Origin: Cystobasidiomycetes sp. EMM_F5
Lineage: Eukaryota
Direction of reading: 5' to 3'
Length of the DNA stretch: 64,000 nt
Assembly: GCA_051047955.1 (NCBI GenBank)
Contig: JBPGPT010000014.1
Location: 1 to 64,000, forward strand
Position numbers and translations under genes: made by a program. Shown one piece after another: positions 55,093 through 64,000 of this stretch. Under the pieces are notes generated by a model. That model did no database searches. It worked only from the letters and a program-made list of their open reading frames with translations, and had not been told where the DNA came from. Within the stretch, counting starts at the first letter, position 1, and every line of letters begins with the position of its first letter.

Positions 55093-57155
55093 ATGACGGA
55101 TGTTCCAGCTAGCATCCGCAGAGCAGATACGTCCGTACTGACAGCCTCTGGCCATCAAGCCGATATCTACGTGCCAGTACATCGCATCTCGTCACAGTTC
55201 AGAGCGGCAGTACGTGTAAGTACATTCTGAAGTCCTAAGTTATATGACTACTTGCTTATTTCTTCGAAAGGACGGCGATGTCGACCGTCTCGAGCGATTG
55301 TGGAGAGCGCTCTCGGCCAGATACAACGCTTCCAGCCTGATATCCTGCTTATGCGCACCATGTCCCGACACAAGCAAGTCTCTCATGGTGATGGCTACAG
55401 AGGGTCGCTATACAGACCTTGTAATGTGGTTGATGGCGCAAAACTGCGAAAGCAGGGGAATGACGGTAGTATGCCATAAGTCGCGCTCGTTTGTAAGAAA
55501 GTCAATCGATTGACGCCAATTTTCACAGACCTCTGAAGGAGACACTGTCCTGCATATTGCAGCAAGGGTCGGCGCGGCGGATATTCTCGGTCTCTACCAT
55601 ACCCGCTTTGCTGCAGCTTACGATGAGGACAACGAGAAGCTCGTCGATTGGCCCAATTACAAGAGCATGACCCCTTTGGCTATGGCTGCGCTGCATGGGC
55701 AGACTGAATGCCTTACCGTGGGTAATCACTAAATGATGACGACTTCTGTGATGACTGATGCAAGATCTGCAACTTGATCAGGTTCTGTTAGCCCTTGGTG
55801 CAATGCTAGACGTAACAGACTCTGATGGAAATACACCGCTTCATCACGCATCATCCTATGGACACGTTACGGCTGTACAACGTCTCATTCAAGCAGGGGC
55901 TAACGCTTTCGTACAAAACAACCTTGGCTACACTGCAAGCGACTATGCATACTCCTTTGACGTCGGGCAGGTCATACAAGACGCGGTTCGTTCCGCCCTG
56001 GAGATCAGCAAGCGCGCGCGAAATCGAAGTGCGCCTCCCAAATTTCGACCACCCGTTGAAAGCCTAGTTTTCGAAAGTAGCGAAGATGAGGACTCAAAGT
56101 CCAATTTCTCGGCTTTCAATGTGCACGTGCTCACCGAATCGGCTCTGCCGGCACGTCCCTATCCAGCACGCAATGGGGCCTTCTCCGGGGCGGAGAATAT
56201 ATTGCGAGATCAGCGATCTCTCGCAAGTCCCCTCCTTTCCACGCTGCCGCCGCTGAGAGTCAAGAATCTCAATGCAGGCGGATCTTGTCATCATTCAGCA
56301 TCTCCGGTATCTTCCGTTCCTCCTACTCCGAGGCTGTCAGAAGAGACTGCTCGCATCTCAGACCCCTCAACGGAGTCATCTCGGGCTTTACAGCGCATCA
56401 TATCTCGTGATCAAAATGCCCAAGCAGGCTTTCAGGCTGCCGAGGCTATCAAGGGGTTTACAGCTGCCATAGGCAATGCCCCTTCGGTCGACAGAACGGA
56501 ATCCGTCAACAATCGCATGACTTCACCAAGGCTGGCCACAGTCAATCTAGCACGCGACCTGTCTACATCTAGCGGCAAAAGTGCGGTCACCAAAGCCGCG
56601 TCGGACATCTCATCAACAGATATGTCAGTCCAGAGCACAAGCAGTCAATCATCCACACAACCGCCTTCAGTGCAGCAAGAACAGCCACCACCATCCTCGA
56701 TGACGCCGAAGCGGACCATCCGCATCCCTAGCGCAATCCCTCCTCCGTTACTGACTCTTCATGCCAAGTCGTTACCGATGATTCCGGTGTCCGTACAACC
56801 GACGTTAGCACCCATACCTGCATCTCCACTAGGACCCGATCAACCAAAGAGTTCTTCCACGATGACCTTCTTTGGACATAGGTTACATCGCAGTGGATCC
56901 AGTTCTGGCGCCACAACATCTACCGGGCCGAAAACTGAAGTCGGAATGCGCCCTCCCATCAAGCATCATGGTTCCTTGATGGATCTACGAGCATCAGTCA
57001 AGCCTAAATCTGCCGGCGGAAAGGGTAGCGCCCCACCTATCGACATGGCTGGCGGTTCGTACAACGCTCTTTTAGGTCTACCACCTCCTACACCGAGGTC
57101 GCTGGCTGCCCAAGTCGCGTTATTGACGAAGCCGCGCAAACGAGCAGGAACATGA
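55093..57155 (+). CDS. Ankyrin-repeat protein, TORC2 subunit Avo2-like, with disordered S/P-rich tail
   Basis: GDTVLHIAA, MTPLAMAALHG, GNTPLHHASSYGH, NNLGYTASDYAYS. Confidence 0.8.
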
Positions 57156-57427
57156 GTAGAGGGTTCGCAGAAGATGTACGATACATCGGGTTTTGGTCAC
57201 TTTTTCATGTTTCGCGGCGCGAGATCAGCTATAATGTAGGCTACATATTGTTGATTCAGTCGGCAGAACGCCAATGACCGAATCACTTTTGTGCTGCGCC
57301 GAACGCGATCAACCGGGCTTTGGTTCATGAGACGTGAAATGCAAGGCGCTCGTGACTGTTTCGACCAGCTATTGTTATTGTGCTATTGAACCGAGCACTA
57401 CGTACCTTTTTATTGCGCGAACACTCG

Positions 57428-60400
57428 ATGTCGGAGCCACAATCTGGCATACAGCCCAATGTCAATGCTTCAGAGATCCCATCAACAGAGAAGATTAGTC
57501 CAAATCCTGCTGCATCAAAAGAAGCCGTAGTCCCAAAGACTGCGACGACATGGTCGAGCTTGCAGACGAAATGGACGCGATTTCAGACTGGACGCACGTA
57601 CCGGACGTACTCGTGGACGACTAAGAATCGTGGAAAGGTGCTTCTTGGAGCCACTGCACTATTCTACGGTGTCACCTATCTGTCCTCAAGACGTCGTGCG
57701 GCAAAGAGGGACAAAGTGCACGATTCGACGTACCTCTACTGGAAGGTTGGCTTGATCCTTCACTACATGAGTTCCCACATTAAACACTTCTCGCGCTGTA
57801 GGTATACGACGGCAGCATTGTTGAAGCCAAAGGCAGTGCGAATGCTGTAGCAAATCTCGTCCTTGGCTCTTCTGGCGGATCCGACGAGCCCGCTCGAGTG
57901 CTTACGCTGTACGAGGTCGTCCGCGGTTTGAATGCAATCAAACAAGATGTTCGGATAGTTCGTTTGATCCAGATACGTGGACCAGGCGACAACATCTAAC
58001 GAATGATTGCTGTGCGCAGAAAGGTCTCATTGCGGACTTTTCTACTCTGGCGGCACCTATAGTGCAGTCGCCATACACGCTTGGCTTAGCACAAATCGAA
58101 GAAATTGCTAATGCCATAGAAGATCTTAATATTTCGAAAGCAGAGACACTAGGTGCTGAGAATTGGCGCAGCATCGCTCTAACGGATACTTTCGAAAGTC
58201 AAGCACATTTCGCCCTTGCATCTGCTTTCAACGAAGTATGTCTTCTTTCATGCCAGTCTTTCATGTCTCTGACGCTGCGCTTTGTGCGTCAAGATCTATT
58301 TACAGCCGACCGGAGAAGTTCCCTTGACCGGGGTAGGGTCTCAATTACCATTCTTCAAGAGAATCATCGATTGGCTAGGCATCAAAGTACAAGCCGAAGC
58401 TCGTGAGGAGTACAAATCCTTCATAGCTCAATATACGTCGGAAAGATTATCCGAACCACAGACAGCAAATCAGCAAGAATTACTCCACTCGCTAAATGAT
58501 CTCATGCTCGAGCGCATCGGGCGCAATCGATTCGGTCGGGTCTTACCCGAAATCAAAATGGTGCCCTTGGGCGAACCAACTGCCATAGACGAAGTCGATG
58601 CGTTACCAAGTCCCGGCCGTAACGATATCCTGCCAGATTCAAGCAAAACTCCCGCAAGGGCTGACGCGGCCACCAAAGCTGTTACGATTCTGCAGCCCGA
58701 TGAAGGCATCCTACCGAGTCCAGCTGTTGGGACTCTTGAGGAGAAGATTTTGGCAGCACTCGGTCATGGCACTGCATCAACAGTTGTGAACACCACGCCA
58801 CTCAACACAGCTACTCCGAGCTATCTGGAACAAGTAAGGTCGCGCAATTCAACTTTCGCCCTTTCTGACATCAAGTCCAGATGCGCCGATTAGTGTTCGA
58901 TGGGCCTTTCTCGGCGACTGAGGCGGCAGAAAAGGGCCTTGTAGGTGATTTGCTCCTTCTCGAAATCAGGGCTGACGGGATCGGCGATAGGTGACGGGAC
59001 TATCGTATCGTAGCTACATCCTTGACAGTATAACGGATTCGACGTATGGAGGAAGCGAAGATAACAAGCTAATGGTGATTTTTGCCTACCGTCCGGATAT
59101 AGATCGATACTGAAGGTTCGTCTGCAGGGTTTTTATCACTATTGCAAACTCGTTGAAGCTGGAGTAGAGAAGCCGATGGTTACTGTCGGTGTGGTATATC
59201 TCATGGGAACGATTGGCGAAACTGGCGATTTTGATGCAGCGTCCGTAAGCTTCGTTTTTTTGCGCTTCTCAGCGTAATACGAGTCTCAAGTTTGCTTCAG
59301 GTAATTCGCGGTCTTCGGCAAGCTGGGGAGGATGATTCTATCCAATGCGTCGTGCTGCGAGTTGATTCTGGAGGTGGTGGAGTAGTCGACAGCGACTCAA
59401 TAGACCAGGCTGTGCGCGATTTACGAGAAAAGAAGGGAAAAATTGTCATTGCCAGTTTCTCGAACGCTGCAGCCAGTGGAGGCTATCTTAGTGCTTGTCA
59501 TGCGTAAGTGCACGCTTACTGCGCATCATAAGGTTGAAGCTAAGACTTCTAACAGTGATGCGATTCTTGCTAACGGTGAGACACAATGCGGGAGACTGGT
59601 CAACAGGAGGCTGATTTGTTTTGCTACAGCTGCAACCATAACCGGATCCATTGGCGTTGCTGCATTGCGTCCTACAATAACACCCAGCTTCCTGGACAAA
59701 ATCAAAGTCTCGGTACAAAGCATATTGACCGGTTCGCCGGCCAACGATCTAACGCAGGAGCTGAGTGGGAAGCATCTTGAAAGGTATCAGCGACATGTCG
59801 ATGAGATGTATGCAGACTTCAAGAACCGTGTTGTAGAAGGTCGGGAGATCCATCCGGAGCTTATAAATAGCCTGGCAGGTGGACGGGTATACACCGGTAA
59901 GCTCTATTCAAAGTTTGTCGCTCGCAATTAGTAACTTCGTATTGTTGCAGGCCAAATGGCTTTCGACCTGCTCGCTGATTATCAGGCACAAACTTCGTCG
60001 AATAGCAGAACGGAGAATACCTCGTCGCTTTCACAGGTCATTGAAGGCACTGCAGGTTCCGCGATCATCGGCGTGCAGATAGCAGAAGATCAAGAAACGT
60101 CATCTTTCGCACCACCAGACCTAGAACTTCCTGCAAATACTGTCGAAAATCCTGATACGAAGCAGTCCCTGGACAGCCTGGCCGTAACACCAAATGCGCC
60201 TCAGAACCCTACTTCTGACGTTACCGACGAGCTAGGGCCTCTCGGACGTGGTATCATAGACGGGCTGGGCGGCTTGCAGGATGCATCAATGCTAGGCATC
60301 GAAGTTTTGGTGGTGAGGAAATGGCATTTTGCATATCGAATGGCACGATCTGATGTCTGGGCGATCTTGGTCGTAGAAATTGGCCGTTGCAGAGCTGAAG

Positions 60401-60793
60401 GAAGAACACCCGAACCCCACACCAGATCAGATACTAGCCGCCATTGCACGTGTGGCTCCAGGTGCCGAGTGTTCGGTCAATGAAGCAGGCGACGTGTCTA
60501 TGAACGTTACTCATGACATTAAGCAATTTCCGGTGGAGAAGAGCTTCTGGCAATTGATTCGCGATGCAAGTGGACCAGAAATGACCGATCCTCATGCATT
60601 CATGCCTCGTATCGGCGCCGTGGCGACTGTGATCCTTGCAGAGTGGATACGCTCGGCAGCGCGTCAAGCGGTGGCTGGAGAATTAGATCAACTGGGACTT
60701 GCAGATGTGCGCAGATCAATGGGCTTAGGATTCGGCAGACGTGGGAGAATGCATATGCGAGCCGAAGTGCCTAGATGGGTTGGCTACCGATGA
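57428..60793 (+). CDS. sppA: Signal peptide peptidase A-like protease (S49, long two-domain type)
   Basis: LGLAQIEEI, YLQPTG.V.LTG, EYKSF, VVLRVDSGGG, AASGGY, TITGSIGV, GGRVYTG, IDGLGGL; N-terminal TM segment. Confidence 0.88.
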
Positions 60794-61021
60794 CATTTAG
60801 GGGCAGGATCTCGCTCACCGCAAGACGGCTGTACATGTGAGTGTTCGCAGTCGCAGTGATAGCAGTACATGCAAGCATCAGTCAAGGAAGATGAGTGGCA
60901 ACGCGGTCCTGTTGTAGCATAATTGTGATGATTTAGCTGGTCTACAACGGAGATCAACGAAGTTCAGCAATCGCTCCGCTGCGTTGAAGCCGCTCTGCAG
61001 CACATCGATATTATTATTATG

Positions 61022-63798
61022 TTAAGCTTCTGTCTTGGGCTTCTTGTCCTCCGGCTGGTCATCGACGTCCATTTCGTCATCGGAGCGCTGGCGTTTTGGC
61101 GGCAACACAACTTCTATAGTCTCGCTGACTTCCGCTGTATAGCCGACAGATGCAATACTAGCTGAGGGTGTCTCCACATCTGTCGCTTTTTTGTCAGCCA
61201 GTAAGTCGTTCACGCTGGCGAGCTCTGGCTGTTCCTCCTTCACCTCCAACGCCGCTTCCGCGATAGACTTCACTGGTACTTCGGCGGCGGAACTGTTGTT
61301 TACGGAATTGGACGGAGTATCGATACTTGCGGCAGTCGAATCAACAGACGCCTTCGACTTGTCCATCTCTTGCATGAGCTTCTCGACGTCGTTGACGCCG
61401 ATTTTACCAAAGAGGTGAAGCTGAGTTGCGGAGAGGATCCGCAGACTCCGCCAGGCGAGTGAAGCTTTGCGCTGAAATAGCTGTCAGCGCTCACTTTCAG
61501 ACGATTTCAGCAGTACAATTATTCTCGTACCTCTTCAAGATTCTGCAATTCAAGGTCTGCAGCCATACTTTGTACATCCGCCTTCCGGTCTTCCGCGAGT
61601 TCTTCTTTTCTGAAGGCAATGAGCTCGTTTTGACGCTTGACAGCGACAAGCAGTTGCTCCAAATTGTGTGACCTGTCGAGAGAGGCGTCAAATGGCTATA
61701 TTTGAAGACGAAGTAATAGTTTGCACTTACTTTCGATTGCCGCTGCCTGTGCTGGATTGCTCAGCGGCCTTCTGCCATAAGCGGGAAAGTGCTGGCGTTC
61801 CAGCTTTGTGCGGAAACAGAGGAGCTAGTTGCCTTAATCGCTTTTGGCCTTCCTGAGCCGTGTTGATAGATTCCTGCGGGAGAGGAGGCTTCTCGAACAA
61901 CTGGCACGCGTTGGCTTTCCAGAATGACTGGGACAGGGCGTTGGTATTGTCCTACCGGATAATGACAAGTCTGTTGCTCACCCAATTTCGCTCGCCTTGA
62001 AGCACGGTCCGTACTGTCCGCACAAATTGCTCACCATCAGGCGGTGTCCGCGAGATTTCGATGTACGTTCTCGCTTCGAGATCGCCGACCCATTTATCCT
62101 GCACCTTTTGTCAATTCGATGCCGTTACGTTGCCAAGCGCGCACATTGGCTTACATCTGCCTCCGAAAGCCGAAATGGTAATTGCGAAGCGCGATTCGGC
62201 ACAGTAACCGCCACGGACAGCTTTAACTTGCTGCTTTCCGTGAATGAATGTAGATATTGAAATAGAATCAAACACTGCACCAAGAACTGCTTGCGAAAAT
62301 TGCCGTCCGCAATCTGGAAATTCAGTTGTGGTCTCATCAGCGACGGTATGTTTGCATCGGCAACACCTCACGCACTTCCAGATCGATCAGACTGTGGGAT
62401 GTTAGGTATTTAGGATAGAAGAACATCTTTCGGATGTCATCCTCGGTGGCAGGCTTGGCGGATGCACTCTTCGTGTGCGAGCGAGATGATCCGTCCTTTG
62501 CCCCTCCTTGCAGCGCCTTTTCCTTTTTGGATGCATCAGCAAAGACATCGAGCACTTTGGAGATAGCAACGTGAAGTAATGTGAGGTTTGGTGCGTCGGA
62601 ACCGGTAGCTGCGCTGGCTGTTTTGCCATCTGATCCAACCTGTGGCACCTTCAGAATAGTGCTGGCGTACGTTGACATCTGTTGCGGAATGGAGGAACCG
62701 TCTGAACTCGGCTGGAAAAGGGTGCGAGGATCAGAGAAGAATGTTTGAAGGGACCAAAACAATGTATAAAAGTCCGGTTCTGAGGGTGCTCGGTTGCGAT
62801 CTGCGACTGCGGACGGTGACTCGAGTTTGGAGTCCGCTACAGCAGCTTTACTATCGACTGTCATCTGATCTTCCACCTCTTCTCCATCTTCTGGGGCTTC
62901 AACGACTTGCTTGGCAGCGTCCTCATCGTCGGCCGGGCCGTCTACGGCGTCCACCTTCATGCTCGGCTCAGACTCATCAGGCGCCTCTTGAGGCTCCGTC
63001 ACTACTTCAAAGGTGGTCACATTTTCCTTGTTGAATTCGCCCCGCAAGTTGACGCCTGATCTCTCGCCAAGCGGGAAGATGCTGGCTAGAAACAGGAGAA
63101 TCCGACCGCAGAACACAGTGTGCGTGGATTTGCTGAGACGACGTAGAAGGTCATTCAAGGTTCTGAGAAAGATGAGTGCTTTGCCTTTGCCCGACACCAT
63201 GCCCTAACGAGGCGGACTTGAGCCGAGTACACTTTCGTTGGGATCATGAAAAGTTCCGCTCACCTTTGTAAGCCTATCCATACGCGTCTCGAGATAGTGA
63301 AATAGCTGCTCGGCATGCTGGACAGACTGAGCTTCGAACAAGATTTCGAGCGCCGTTGCGGCGAGTGAAGGTTCCACGAGTTGACGGTCGACGAAAGTGA
63401 GAAGAACATCCAACAGATCTTCATAGATGAGGAAATGAGGTGCATCATCCTGCCAGCCTTGCAGCAATTGTGGCTTAACAGATGGATCAGTTGCAATCAG
63501 ACATGCGCTGCAGGAAACGTACCAGACCAAGGACTGCACTCTCCAATGCCTTCTCGAGCGCAACACGTATCACATCCTGAGCATGCTCGTATACCGGTAG
63601 CTTGGCTTGTATACCGTCCACTACGCCGTCGACTTCTTCGATTGACATGGGCGACGTTTCGCCCAAGCTGACCCGTCGCTCTTCTGACGCACACGCAAAG
63701 TCCGATAGAGCATTGTTCAAAGATGCCACGTAGCTCCCGAACGCTTTCACAGGATCGCTAGGCCCGGCTTCTGGGACATCTCCTACCACTGCTGCCAT
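61022..63798 (-). CDS. THOC1: THO complex subunit 1 (Hpr1/THOC1)
   Basis: GKALIFLRTLNDLLRRLSK..HTVFCGRILLFLASIFPLGERSGVNLRGEFN, FYTLFWSLQ.FF, FYPKYLTS..L..LE|IAD..FRKQ. Confidence 0.93.
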
Positions 63799-64000
63799 GG
63801 TGGGGGTGTTGCCCGAGCTGATGAATGCCTTTCTTGACGGTCAAACTGAGCGAACGAGGTGAAGACAGTCAGGGTTCGAATATGTAGAAGCCGCTCGTCA
63901 TGCCAGCTCATGCAGCGCAGTTCCAGGTTGGGCAGAGTTGGACGGCTTCAGAGTGCATATGCAAGTCTGGTCGTCTATCCAAGTTGAACCATTCGTAGCT

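Overview
Eukaryotic, gene-dense (about 30 genes in 64 kb), intron-rich fungal DNA. Introns are mostly 50-70 nt GT-AG with CTRAY-type branch points and many micro-exons, which suggests a basidiomycete, probably a yeast-like lineage (inference). Most genes are recognisable housekeeping genes: AMACR-like CoA transferase, POP4, PAF1, SGT1, NAT1/NAA15, cytochrome b2-like, SLC35F, QNS1, mitochondrial CDF transporter, acyl-CoA thioesterase, Spo5-like RRM protein, MSH2, snurportin-1, LSM6, OLE1, TRP5, AVO2-like, SppA and THOC1. Accessory content: an expansin-like protein, a GH43-MFS-GH43 trio, and a tandem pair of spliced 10-Cys small secreted proteins largely missed by the ORF track. The most unusual signal is two distant genes (12.2-14.0 kb minus; 49.9-52.0 kb plus) that share the same RRM subtype, two identical intron positions and an unannotated SAM-like C-terminal domain. 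One carries an RS/RD-rich arm and the other a cluster of PAM2 motifs. CDS coordinates are whole spliced-gene spans read by hand; ends may be slightly off. No tRNA, rRNA, CRISPR or transposon was recognised.
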